Source of the DNA: Burkholderiales bacterium
GTDB lineage: Bacteria > Pseudomonadota > Gammaproteobacteria > Burkholderiales > SG8-41
Direction of reading: 5' to 3'
DNA length: 55,975 nucleotides
Assembly (NCBI GenBank): GCA_038144955.1
Contig: JAYQOT010000006.1
Location: 1 to 55,975 of the forward strand
A program made the translations under genes and the position numbers. Each line of letters starts with the position of its first letter. The first letter of the stretch is position 1. The notes beneath the pieces were generated by a model. The model saw only the letters and a program-made list of their open reading frames with translations. It was not told where the DNA came from and searched no databases. Positions 7,193-16,439 of the stretch are shown one piece after another.

Positions 7193-9307
7193 CTATTCCT
7201 GTTCCTCCGCTTGCAGCACTACCAGCGCATCAGCCGCAATCACGCCCTGTCCGCGCGATCGCACCAGCAGCGGATTGATATCGAGTTCCTGCAACCGGTT
7301 GCGCAGTGTCCATGCCAGCCCGGCCACCTGTACCAGGGCCTGTGCCAGCGCATCGATATCTCGCGGCGGTTGCCCGCGGGCACCATCAAGCAGCACCCGG
7401 CCTTTCAGCTCACCGAGCATGGCATGAGCCTCATCAAGGTTGAACGGCGCAATCCGGTAGGTGACGTCATGCAGAATTTCAGTATAGACGCCACCGAGCC
7501 CGACTGCGACCACCGGTCCGAAGGCGGCATCGTTGACCACGCCGACGATCATTTCGAGGCCGTCAGTGATCATCTCGGAGGCCAGCAGGCCATCCAAACG
7601 TGCTCCGGGCACAGCCTTGCGCGCATTGGCAGCAATGTCCTGCGCCGCGGTTGCCAGCGCTGCGGCATCGGCAATGCCAAGACGGACGGCACCGATGTCA
7701 GTTTTGTGCGCGATGTCAGGTGAAACGATTTTCAGGGCTACGGAGTATTTGAGATCATTCGCCTCATCTCCGGGCACCAGCGACAGCACGCGATCCCGGG
7801 TGACCGGCACCCCCGCCGCCGCAAGCATCCGCTTGCTGTCGGTCTCGTTCAGCGTCGCTGCGCCCGCCGGCAGTTCCGGCAGGACCGCCGCAGCCAGCGC
7901 AGGCTCCACTGGGACACGCGCGCGTGCAGCCGCATGATCCGCCAGCCGCGCCAGCGCCGCCGCCACCCGCTTAGGCGAAGTCAGTACCGGAATGCCGGCA
8001 GCCCGCAATTTGTCCAGTCCCTCGTCCGCAATGGCTGCGGTCATGCCGGAAAAGGCGACGATCGGTTTCGGCGAATTCACCGCCGCAGCCGCCAGCGCCT
8101 CTGCACCATGCAACAGTTGCTGATTGCCGGCCGCCGCAAACATCACCGCCATCTGGTCGACGCCCGGATCGGCGAGCGCCGCAGTAAACCCGCGTTTGAA
8201 ATCAAGGCCGGCCTGTGCACGCGGATAGCCTGCGGTGTAATCCACCGGGTTTTTCAGCGAACTCAGCGCCGGCAGCACGCCACGCAGTTCTTCCACGGTC
8301 TTTGGTGACAGTGACGGCAGGGTCAGTCCCACCTGATCGGCATGATCGGAAAACATCGCAGCAGCGCCGCCGGACCCGCCCATCACCACCACCCGGCGGC
8401 CCGCGGGCAGACGACCTCCACCCAGGCAGGCGATCATGTCGGCGGCTTCAGGGATATCCGACACTTCAATCACGCCGCACTGGCGGAATGCCGCGCGGTA
8501 AACATCGTATTCACCGGTGAGGTTGGCAGTATGCGATGCCGCGGCACGTCGGCCCTGCTCAGTGTTGCCGGCCTTGATCAGCACCAGTGGCTTGCCCGCC
8601 GCGAGCGCACGGCGCGCAGCGTGCATGAAGGCCCGACCGTCACCGACCCCTTCGAGGTACGCCAGGATGATCCGCGTCTCGGGGTCGTCAACACAGGCCT
8701 CCAGCCACTCCGGCATATGGATGTCCGCCTCGTTGCCGCTGGTCACGATGTAGCGGAAACCGGCGCCGGCAGCGGCGCACTGGATCAGCAGGCTGGTACC
8801 CAGGCTTGCGCTTTGCAAGACCGCGGAAACCCCACCGGCTGCGAAGCGCGGCGGGCGCGTCAGGCTGCCGAATGCGGCATAGGCACGCGCATGCACGTTG
8901 ACGAAACCGAGGCAGTTGGGACCGACGATGCGCACGCCGCGCGAGCGGGCAACACCCAGCATGTCATTCTCGATGGCAATGCCTTCGTCACCGGCCTCGC
9001 GGAATCCGCCGCCCAGTACCACGGCATAACCGATGCCACGGTCGGCGCACTGCCCGATGGCTGCTGGCACCTGTCCTGCCGGCAAGGCGATCACCGCGAG
9101 ATCACAGTCCCCTTCGATGCGGTCCAGCGAGGGATGACAGGCGTAACCGGCGATTTCCGGATATTTCGGATTCACCGGATAAACGCCACCTTTGAAACCT
9201 TCGCGCTGCAGCGCGTGCACAGTCTGACCGCCCGGCCGCGCGGCGTCGGCGCTGGCGCCGACTATGGCAATGCCACGCGGATTGAACAGGCGATCGAAAG
9301 AACTCAT
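7193..9307 (-). CDS. ADP-forming acyl-CoA synthetase (acetate--CoA ligase family, fused alpha/beta: CoA-binding + succinyl-CoA-ligase-like + ATP-grasp)
   Basis: 704 aa. N-terminal NPRGIAIVGAS CoA-binding Rossmann, GPNCLG motif, central ligase-CoA domain, and a C-terminal ATP-grasp region (..KIVSPDIAHKTDIGAV..). The start ATG overlaps the upstream stop (ATGA, 9304-9307). Confidence 0.85.
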   Translation of the reverse strand: MSSFDRLFNPRGIAIVGASADAARPGGQTVHALQREGFKGGVYPVNPKYPEIAGYACHPSLDRIEGDCDLAVIALPAGQVPAAIGQCADRGIGYAVVLGGGFREAGDEGIAIENDMLGVARSRGVRIVGPNCLGFVNVHARAYAAFGSLTRPPRFAAGGVSAVLQSASLGTSLLIQCAAAGAGFRYIVTSGNEADIHMPEWLEACVDDPETRIILAYLEGVGDGRAFMHAARRALAAGKPLVLIKAGNTEQGRRAAASHTANLTGEYDVYRAAFRQCGVIEVSDIPEAADMIACLGGGRLPAGRRVVVMGGSGGAAAMFSDHADQVGLTLPSLSPKTVEELRGVLPALSSLKNPVDYTAGYPRAQAGLDFKRGFTAALADPGVDQMAVMFAAAGNQQLLHGAEALAAAAVNSPKPIVAFSGMTAAIADEGLDKLRAAGIPVLTSPKRVAAALARLADHAAARARVPVEPALAAAVLPELPAGAATLNETDSKRMLAAAGVPVTRDRVLSLVPGDEANDLKYSVALKIVSPDIAHKTDIGAVRLGIADAAALATAAQDIAANARKAVPGARLDGLLASEMITDGLEMIVGVVNDAAFGPVVAVGLGGVYTEILHDVTYRIAPFNLDEAHAMLGELKGRVLLDGARGQPPRDIDALAQALVQVAGLAWTLRNRLQELDINPLLVRSRGQGVIAADALVVLQAEEQE

Positions 9308-10701
9308 GTCACCGGCCAGCGCAGCTTCATCACCTTTTTCATGTCAAGACGGCTGGTAATGCGGCCACCGGCCCGCGCCGCCTCGCGCAGCACCGCATCC
9401 TGATCGACGCGCGTCATGCGCCCGTCGCGCACCACCTGCTCGCCGCCCACGAACACGTGCTTCACCGTGTTACCGGTCGCGCCATAGACGAGGTTAGAGA
9501 CCGGGTTATACAGCGGCTGCCATTCCGAGACCGTCGCATCGAACAGTACGAGGTCACCCTCCTTGCCGGTCTCTATCGAGCCGATGCGATCCGCAAGTCC
9601 CGCCCCGCGCGCGCCGTTGATCGTCGCCATCTCGATCGCCTGCTCGGGCGGCATCACGCGCGGGTTCAGGCGCATCTCCTTGTACCCGCCCACCGCATGG
9701 CGCATTTCCTGCACCAGGTCCACGGTACCGGAACTCGCATGGTCGGCGCCCAGACTGACGTTGACGCCCAGCGCCAACAGTTCGGGATGGCTGGCCATCT
9801 TGAAATTGCCATAGCCGTTGTGCAGTGAAGAAGTCGGACAGCACACGATGGTGGGCTTGCGCTTCGCCAGCAACGCGATCTCCTGCGGCTCGAGCCAGCC
9901 GCCGTGCAGGATGAGCATGCGGTCATCGAGCACGCCGAGCGACTCCAGCCGCTCGATTTCCGGCATGCCGTGGTGGGTGACGCTGGCGTCATGCGTGAAG
10001 TAGGAAAAACAGGCGTGCGTCTGCAGTACGGCGTTGTGTTTGTCCGCGATTTCTTTCAGCTTGAGGATCAACTCGTCCGTGCTGTTATTCATGCCGCGGA
10101 ACGACGCACTTACAGTCATGCGCCCCTTGTACTTGCCGGGATACTTGTCGAAAATCTCCTCGGTCTTGGCGATGCACAGCGCAGTGTCCTGGATCATGCG
10201 CGCCGGCATGACGCCGGTCACCGTCTTGCTCTTGTCGAAGCAGCTCGTGGCCAGCACCATGCGCATGCCCGACTCCATCACCGCCTTGACCGTCACGTCA
10301 GGATGGTAGTTTCCGGGCTCGATATAGCAGGTGACACCATGGCGCAGCAGTTCAACGGTGGCGAGCGAGACGCTGGCGTGCACGTCCTCCTCTTCCATCA
10401 CCGCTTCGTACGGGTACATGTGATCAAACAGGAAAGATTGGGCGTTTGATTCGTCGGCGAGGCCCCGCGCGAGCATGAAAGAGGAATGCAGGTGGTTATC
10501 CACCATCCCGGGAATGCCTACCGTGCCCTTGCCGTCGACTTGCCGCTCGGCACGCCAAGCCGCCGCAATGTCTGCGCTCTTGCCAATCGCCACGAACTTG
10601 CCGTCCTTAACAGCGACCGCCGCGTCACGGATGATGCGCCGCCCGGCGTCGACGGTGATCAACCAGTCGATGCCGGAGACCAGCAGATCAGCCTGGTTCA
10701 T
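9304..10701 (-). CDS. amidohydrolase_1 family protein (TRZ/ATZ chlorohydrolase / aminohydrolase-like)
   Basis: 465 aa. Has a beta-sandwich N-terminus, the metal motif PGMVDNHLHSS (H-x-H), a later ..LQTHA.. and ..SLGADHA.. Strong SD GGAGGTG lies before the ATG at 10701. Confidence 0.8.
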   Translation of the reverse strand: MNQADLLVSGIDWLITVDAGRRIIRDAAVAVKDGKFVAIGKSADIAAAWRAERQVDGKGTVGIPGMVDNHLHSSFMLARGLADESNAQSFLFDHMYPYEAVMEEEDVHASVSLATVELLRHGVTCYIEPGNYHPDVTVKAVMESGMRMVLATSCFDKSKTVTGVMPARMIQDTALCIAKTEEIFDKYPGKYKGRMTVSASFRGMNNSTDELILKLKEIADKHNAVLQTHACFSYFTHDASVTHHGMPEIERLESLGVLDDRMLILHGGWLEPQEIALLAKRKPTIVCCPTSSLHNGYGNFKMASHPELLALGVNVSLGADHASSGTVDLVQEMRHAVGGYKEMRLNPRVMPPEQAIEMATINGARGAGLADRIGSIETGKEGDLVLFDATVSEWQPLYNPVSNLVYGATGNTVKHVFVGGEQVVRDGRMTRVDQDAVLREAARAGGRITSRLDMKKVMKLRWPVT

Positions 10702-10978
10702 GCGTCACCTCCGCGGCAACCACTCGCGCAACAAAAAGAAATCCCATCATGCTCCTCCAGCTCGTCAGGTTTTGCGATTCGATCCGGTTTATTGTCATTG
10801 TGAACCGGTTCCCGGATTGTCGCGGCACGGAGTGGACATGGCAATGCGTCCGTATCTCGGACGCTGGTCAGCCTGCAGTCGCCCATCTATACTTTTTTCA
10901 ACGGCCGGCACTGCACGGCCGGATTCATGTCGGTCGCCAGGCGACGCAAGCCGCCGCCATTTCAAACAGGGACGATAG

Positions 10979-12655
10979 ATGACCCAAAAAACCAAGCAAC
11001 AGATGTCGCAGCCGCGCGCCTGCAAACTGATCATCGAAAAAGACGTGAAGATTCCGCTGCGCGACGGCACCCTGCTCTACGCCGACGTGTTCCGCCCGGA
11101 TTTCAAGGACGAGCGCTGCCCCGCGATCATGAACGTCGGACCGTACCAGAAAGACAAGCTGTGGATACCGCCGGACGACCTCGAGGAAAAGGCCAATCCC
11201 TACATGGCCTGGGAAACCGCGAATCCCGAATGGTGGTGTCCGCGCGGCTATGCGCTGGTGCGGGTTGACACCCGCGGCACCGGCAAGTCTCCCGGCACCT
11301 CGGAGCCGAGTTCCTACCAGGAAGCGCTGGACGCCTACGACGTCACCGAATGGATTGCAAAGCAGCCGTGGAGCAACGGCAAGGTCGGTGCCCTCGGCAT
11401 TTCTTACCACGCCGCATTCCAATGGCGTCTCGCCAACCTGCAGCCGCCTGCCCTGAAAGCCATCATGCCGTGGGAGGGACGCGCTGACCAGTACCGCGAC
11501 CAGGCCTATCACGGCGGCATCTTCGCAATGGGCTTCATCGCCCAGTGGTGCAACAGCACGGCAGCGCATCACCTGCTGGGACGGCCGCGCGCCTACAACC
11601 CCGAGGCCTTCAACAACAACCTGCTGTGGGAATACATGCGCCACGACCTCGATTCCGACTACTGGCGGAAAAACAGTGCGCAATGGGAAAACATCACCGT
11701 GCCGCTTTACAGCGTCGGCAACTGGGGCGGCTTCGCCATGCATCTGCGCGGCAACACCGAGGGCTACATGATGGCGGCCTCCAGGCACAAGAAGCTGCGC
11801 ATCCACACCGGCACCCATTTCCACCCTTTCCATGCTGAAGAGGCGCGCATCGACCAGTTGCGCTGGTTCGATCACTGGCTGAAGGACATCGATACCGGCA
11901 TCATGGACGAGCCGCCGGTCAAACTCGAAATCCGCACCGGGGGCAGCATGAAGCCCTATCCATTCCGCACTGAGAACGAATGGCCGATTGCGCGCACACA
12001 ATGGACCAAGATGTACCTCGACATCGCGCGTGAAACCCCGGCCAAGGGCAACACTTCCGCCGGCAGTCTGTCACTCAAGCCTCCTGCAGCCGAGAAACAG
12101 GTGTTCTATTCCGCCGGGCCCGGACATTACCGCCCGGTGCACGGCGAGGCGGGCATATCCTTCGAAACGCCGCCGATGGAAGTCGACACCGAAGTTACCG
12201 GCCCGCTGGTGCTTAACCTCTGGATATCAAGCTCGGCGGAAGACATGGACATCTACGCGACGATCCGCAATATCGGGCCCGATGGCAAGGATGTCTGCGA
12301 AGTCGGCCAGCGCGGCGAGCCGGTCAGCTGCGTGACCAAGGGCTGGCTGCGCGCCTCGCACCGCCGGCTCGATCCGGAAAAATCGCTGCCCTACCGGCCG
12401 TACCACGCCCATGACCGGCGCGAATGGCTGAAACCTGGCGAGATCGTCGAATGCCAGGTCGAAATCTGGCCGACCAGCATGGTGTTCCGCAAGGGCCACA
12501 AGCTCAAGCTGGACATCTCGCCGCGCGACGGCGTCGGCGCCGGCCATTTCACGCATTACAACGCCGATTACAACGCCGGAGCCACCAACAGCGTCCATTC
12601 CGGCGGCCAGCGCCTGTCATGGCTGATGCTGCCGGTGATTCCCGCTAAAAATTGA
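10979..12655 (+). CDS. CocE/NonD family alpha/beta hydrolase (peptidase S15 / X-Pro dipeptidyl-peptidase-like)
   Basis: 558 aa. ..IPLRDGTLLYADVFRP.. N-terminus, nucleophile elbow GISYHA (G-x-S-x-x), and a C-terminal jelly-roll domain ending ..HSGGQRLSWLMLPVIP, characteristic of the family. Confidence 0.8.
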   Translation: MTQKTKQQMSQPRACKLIIEKDVKIPLRDGTLLYADVFRPDFKDERCPAIMNVGPYQKDKLWIPPDDLEEKANPYMAWETANPEWWCPRGYALVRVDTRGTGKSPGTSEPSSYQEALDAYDVTEWIAKQPWSNGKVGALGISYHAAFQWRLANLQPPALKAIMPWEGRADQYRDQAYHGGIFAMGFIAQWCNSTAAHHLLGRPRAYNPEAFNNNLLWEYMRHDLDSDYWRKNSAQWENITVPLYSVGNWGGFAMHLRGNTEGYMMAASRHKKLRIHTGTHFHPFHAEEARIDQLRWFDHWLKDIDTGIMDEPPVKLEIRTGGSMKPYPFRTENEWPIARTQWTKMYLDIARETPAKGNTSAGSLSLKPPAAEKQVFYSAGPGHYRPVHGEAGISFETPPMEVDTEVTGPLVLNLWISSSAEDMDIYATIRNIGPDGKDVCEVGQRGEPVSCVTKGWLRASHRRLDPEKSLPYRPYHAHDRREWLKPGEIVECQVEIWPTSMVFRKGHKLKLDISPRDGVGAGHFTHYNADYNAGATNSVHSGGQRLSWLMLPVIPAKN

Positions 12656-12667
12656 TCGCTGATAAAA

Positions 12668-12694
12668 ACAAGGAGCCCCGCAGGGCCCCTTGTT
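12668..12694. terminator. hairpin terminator between convergent CocE/NonD and Bug genes
   Basis: acaaggagcccc-gca-gggccccttgt imperfect GC hairpin with A-rich/T-rich flanks. Confidence 0.5.
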
Positions 12695-12712
12695 GTGACG
12701 TGAAAAACAATC

Positions 12713-13696
12713 TTATTTTTTCAGCTTCAGTTCGGTCAGCAGTTTGCCGACACGCACGTAGTCCTCTTCCAGCTGCTTGGCCAGTTCATCCGGCGTACCG
12801 GTAACGGTATCCACGCCCTTGTTGTCCCACAGCTTGCGCACCTCGGCTGATTCGACAATCTTGCCGATCTCGGTATTGAGCCGGCTGACGATGGCCTGCG
12901 GTGTCCCAGACGGGGCAAATACACCCTCCCAGCTCAGCACGCGGAATTTCGACAAGTTGGGCAGGCCGGCCTCAGCCACCGTCGGCACGTCAGGCAACAG
13001 CGAATTGCGGCCCGCCGAGCTGACAGCCAGCGCACGCAGCCTGCCCTGCTTGATGAAGGGATAGGACACCGGGATCAGGCCGAACATGAAATCCGCACGG
13101 CCAGCGAGCAGGTCAACCAGCGCATTGGCGCTGCTGCGATAGGGAATGTGCGCAACCTTGATGTTGGTTTCGATGCGGAACAGTTCGGCAGAGATATGCA
13201 GGTTGCTGCCGATGCCCGACGAAGCGAAATTCAGTATCCCGGGCTGCTTCTTCGCCAGATTGACCAGATCCTTCACTGATCGCGCAGGCACCGACGGATG
13301 GGTTTCCAGTACCAGGCCGTAGGAGCTGACCTGGATGATGGGCGTCAGCCGCTTGCGCGGATCCCAGCCATCTGTCGCATTCAGATGCGGACTGATCGCA
13401 ACGAACGAGGACGGCTCCAGCAGCAGCGTGTAGCCATCCGGGGCCGCTTCGGCCACCAGACGGTTGGCAATCATGCCGGTCGCACCAGGACGGTTCTCGA
13501 CGATCACCTGCTGGCCAAGGACCTTGCCCAGGCGTTCGGCAATCGCCCGCGAGGTCTGGTCAGCTCCCCCGCCCGCACCGGAGCCGGTAAAAAGGCGCAC
13601 CGGCTTGGTCGGATAGGACTGTGAGACCGCCTGTCCGGATACAAGAAAAAGTGATGTCAGAACTACGCAACCAAGGCGAACGGAATAAGTTGCCAT
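12713..13696 (-). CDS. Bug family (TctC-like) periplasmic substrate-binding protein
   Basis: SD GAGGAGG before the ATG at 13696. Signal-like MATYSVRLGCVVLTSLFLVSGQAVS, then QSYPTKPVRLFTGSGAGGGAD. Confidence 0.85.
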   Translation of the reverse strand: MATYSVRLGCVVLTSLFLVSGQAVSQSYPTKPVRLFTGSGAGGGADQTSRAIAERLGKVLGQQVIVENRPGATGMIANRLVAEAAPDGYTLLLEPSSFVAISPHLNATDGWDPRKRLTPIIQVSSYGLVLETHPSVPARSVKDLVNLAKKQPGILNFASSGIGSNLHISAELFRIETNIKVAHIPYRSSANALVDLLAGRADFMFGLIPVSYPFIKQGRLRALAVSSAGRNSLLPDVPTVAEAGLPNLSKFRVLSWEGVFAPSGTPQAIVSRLNTEIGKIVESAEVRKLWDNKGVDTVTGTPDELAKQLEEDYVRVGKLLTELKLKK

Positions 13697-13778
13697 GTTT
13701 TCCTCCTCGTTGATGTCAGCAAACCATCGAGCGTGGTTTCAGCGCAGCATACCACTCTCGAGCCCGAAGAATAAAACC

Positions 13779-14777
13779 CTATAAATTCAGTAATTTAGCT
13801 GCGTTTCCCCAGAGTAACTGCTGCTTCTGCTGCGCATCCAGCGATTTGACACCTTCGACAAATTTCACCGGTTCTTCATAGGCAATGTCGAAGCAATAAT
13901 CGCTGCCGACCATGATGCGCTCGGCACCCACCAGCTTGATCAGGTCTTCGAGCTGTCCTTCGTCATAGGTGATGGTGTCGTAGGTGAAACGCTTCAGGTA
14001 GGTGCTGGGCGGATGCTTGATGGTCTTGCACTCGGCGCGCACCTGGAAGCCGCGATCCATCCTGCCGCGCAAAATCGGCAAGGCGCCGCCGGCATGTGGG
14101 AGGCTGACGTCCAGCTTGGGGAAGGCATCGAGCACGCCGCCAAAGATCAGGTGCGCGGCGGCGATCGCGGTATCGAAGGGATTGCCGCAGAGGTTGATCA
14201 GGTAGTACTGCTTCAAACGCTCGTTGTTGATCATCATCGGATGCAGGAAGATCGGCAGCCCCAGCGCCTCGCAGCGCTCGTAGACCGGGAAGAAGCTGCG
14301 ATCTGACAGTTCACGATCCCGCACCGCGGTGGCCATGTAAATGCCCTTGATGCCCGGCAGTTTGGCCACGCGTTCGAGTTCCTCGAGTGCCAGCAGCGGA
14401 TTCTGGAACGGCAGGCAGGCGAAGCCGATCAACCGGTCCGGATGCGCCTTGTGTGAAGCACTGACAGCATCGTTGAATGCCTGGCACAACTGCATGCCGA
14501 GATCGTCGTCGGCCCAGTAGACCATCGGTTGTGTCAGCGACAGCGCATGCATGCCCAACCCCTGCCGATCCATGATCTTCAGCCGGGCATCGAGATCGAT
14601 GAACTCGCGCGCCACCGGGCCGGTGCGCAGCAGCAGGCCGACCTGGATGAAGGTCAGGCCGCGGTCGTCGGTGATGACGTTGGCGCCGCAGCGTTTTCCG
14701 TACTTGGCGATCAGGTCGAGATAGGTCTGCGGGAAATAATGCGCATGCGTATCAATGGTCTTGGGTGTGTTTGCCAC
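13779..14777 (-). CDS. amidohydrolase_2 family protein (ACMSD/LigW-like superfamily), second paralogue
   Basis: GTG start preceded by GAGGAGGAGG. (M)ANTPKTIDTHAHYFP with H-x-H, ..SLPHAGGALP.. and ..VGSDYCF.. ; 332 aa. Confidence 0.75.
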   Translation of the reverse strand: MANTPKTIDTHAHYFPQTYLDLIAKYGKRCGANVITDDRGLTFIQVGLLLRTGPVAREFIDLDARLKIMDRQGLGMHALSLTQPMVYWADDDLGMQLCQAFNDAVSASHKAHPDRLIGFACLPFQNPLLALEELERVAKLPGIKGIYMATAVRDRELSDRSFFPVYERCEALGLPIFLHPMMINNERLKQYYLINLCGNPFDTAIAAAHLIFGGVLDAFPKLDVSLPHAGGALPILRGRMDRGFQVRAECKTIKHPPSTYLKRFTYDTITYDEGQLEDLIKLVGAERIMVGSDYCFDIAYEEPVKFVEGVKSLDAQQKQQLLWGNAAKLLNL

Positions 14778-14862
14778 GAAACCTCCTCCTCTGTGCGAAA
14801 TGTTCCGGAATACCGCGTTCCTTTAAGGCAGGAACCGCCACGCGGTCCTGCGCCCGGCAGCG

Positions 14863-15564
14863 TTACTTTGCGAGATGTTGGTGAAAAAAATCCACGCTCA
14901 ACCCGAGAGCCCGGTCGGCCTCCGGCTTGCTGTAGGTGCGGCCACCGTGCCGCGCAAAGGCATGATCGGCGCCCGGATATTTGTGTATGGTCACCAGCGG
15001 GTTCGGCGACAGCCGCCGCTCCAGCAGGTCGTTGACCTCCGCCTGCACCCAGCGGTCCTTCATGGCCATGTGCAACATGAACGGACGGTGCAGGTTGCCG
15101 ACTTCGCGGATGTTGTGCTCGATATAAGTGCCGTAATAGGCCACCGCGCAGTCGATGTCGGTGCGGCAGCACATCAGGTAACACAGCTTGCCGCCGAGAC
15201 AATAGCCCACCGCCCCGACCTTGCCATTGCATTCCGGCAGCTTCTCGAGATAACGAACGGTGTCCTCCATGTCGCGGACACCCAGGTCGTAATCAAAATC
15301 GTAATAAAGATCGAACGCCTTCTTCACGTGCTCGGGATTGCCGTCCGAGAGTTCGACGCCGGGTTCCTGGCGCCAGAACAGATCCGGCACGAAACACACG
15401 AAGCCTGCCTCGGCAAATTCATGGGCATGGCGGCGCATCGTGTCGTTGACACCCCAGATTTCCATGATGGCGATGATGGCGCCAGCCGGCTTGCGGTCCG
15501 GCACCGCGAGATAGCCACCCATGACGCCGTCGCGCAGCGGAATGGTGATATTGCGTGTTTCCAC
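14863..15564 (-). CDS. dienelactone hydrolase family protein
   Basis: ..GYLAVPDRKPAGAIIAIMEIWGVN.., nucleophile motif GAVGYCLGG (G-x-C-x-G, the Cys type of DLH), and C-terminal ..YPGADHAF.. The GTG at 15564 is directly preceded by CCAGGAGGGGG, so it is preferred over the track start at 15630. Confidence 0.75.
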   Translation of the reverse strand: METRNITIPLRDGVMGGYLAVPDRKPAGAIIAIMEIWGVNDTMRRHAHEFAEAGFVCFVPDLFWRQEPGVELSDGNPEHVKKAFDLYYDFDYDLGVRDMEDTVRYLEKLPECNGKVGAVGYCLGGKLCYLMCCRTDIDCAVAYYGTYIEHNIREVGNLHRPFMLHMAMKDRWVQAEVNDLLERRLSPNPLVTIHKYPGADHAFARHGGRTYSKPEADRALGLSVDFFHQHLAK

Positions 15565-15699
15565 CTGACCCCCTCCTGGATATCCGGCTGCAACCGTGAT
15601 GGTTGTTGTTATCGGTCTGCGGCTCGGCACTGAAAGTATATAAGACCCTTCAGCGCGATGTCACAAGACCATATTAGGGACTTCAGCCCCCCCTGCCCG

Positions 15700-16287
15700 C
15701 TACAACGACGCAATGAAATCATGCGAAGAAATGACTTCGCCGAACAGCGGCAATATTTTTTCGCACTCGACCCGGTGGAGCTCGGGATCAGGACTGGCAC
15801 AGCAATCCTCCAATACCTTGACCACGAATCCAGAATCGTCGGCATACCGCGCGGCACTGTCCACCACCATATGGGTATAGACACCGCACAAGACCAGCGT
15901 CGTAACACCCTGGCGCTGCAGCCAGGTCAGCAATCCGGTGTTGAAGAACGGATTGACCGCACGTTTGGTATAGACAATCTCACCAGGCAATGGCTTAATC
16001 GCTTCCGGAAAATCCAGCCCCCAGGTGCCGATCACGATCGCCTGCATTTTTTTCAAGCGCGCCAGCCGCGCGGACCGGCTGATGGCATCTGCATAGTCAG
16101 CGCGGAAACCCACATTGACAAATGCAACCGGCAAGCCCTTGGCACGCATGGCATCGAGAACTTTCCGGGTTTTTTCAATGAGCTGGCGCTCCTGCACCAC
16201 CTTCGTAAACCCCTCGGACCCGACCTTGCCCTTGGGATCAATCAATTCGTTCTGCATGTCCAGCACCAGCAGCGCTGTTTTCGACAT
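15700..16287 (-). CDS. isochorismatase-family cysteine hydrolase
   Basis: ATG at 16287 after GGAGG. MSKTALLVLDMQNE (catalytic Asp), ..AFVNVGFR.., and ..TLVLCGVYTHMVVDS (nucleophile Cys). The 18-codon upstream extension is rejected. Confidence 0.8.
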   Translation of the reverse strand: MSKTALLVLDMQNELIDPKGKVGSEGFTKVVQERQLIEKTRKVLDAMRAKGLPVAFVNVGFRADYADAISRSARLARLKKMQAIVIGTWGLDFPEAIKPLPGEIVYTKRAVNPFFNTGLLTWLQRQGVTTLVLCGVYTHMVVDSAARYADDSGFVVKVLEDCCASPDPELHRVECEKILPLFGEVISSHDFIASL

Positions 16288-16439
16288 CACAACCTCCACA
16301 GGTTTACCGCCACAAACTGGACGGACCAGTCGGAAGCGCACTTTGATTCAAGTATTATTGCCTTACTTTCCGGCCATGACATCATGGACAAAGCCGGTAT
16401 CAGCCAACCTCGACTCAATTTCAACAGGGTATTTAATTC

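Noticed and set aside
10702-10978. Small ORFs (62 aa minus, 77 aa plus) in the divergent amidohydrolase / CocE promoter region as a possible hidden regulator
   Set aside because: They have no helix-turn-helix-like sequence, are Cys/Arg-rich, and overlap each other and the amidohydrolase start. This is most likely just promoter DNA.
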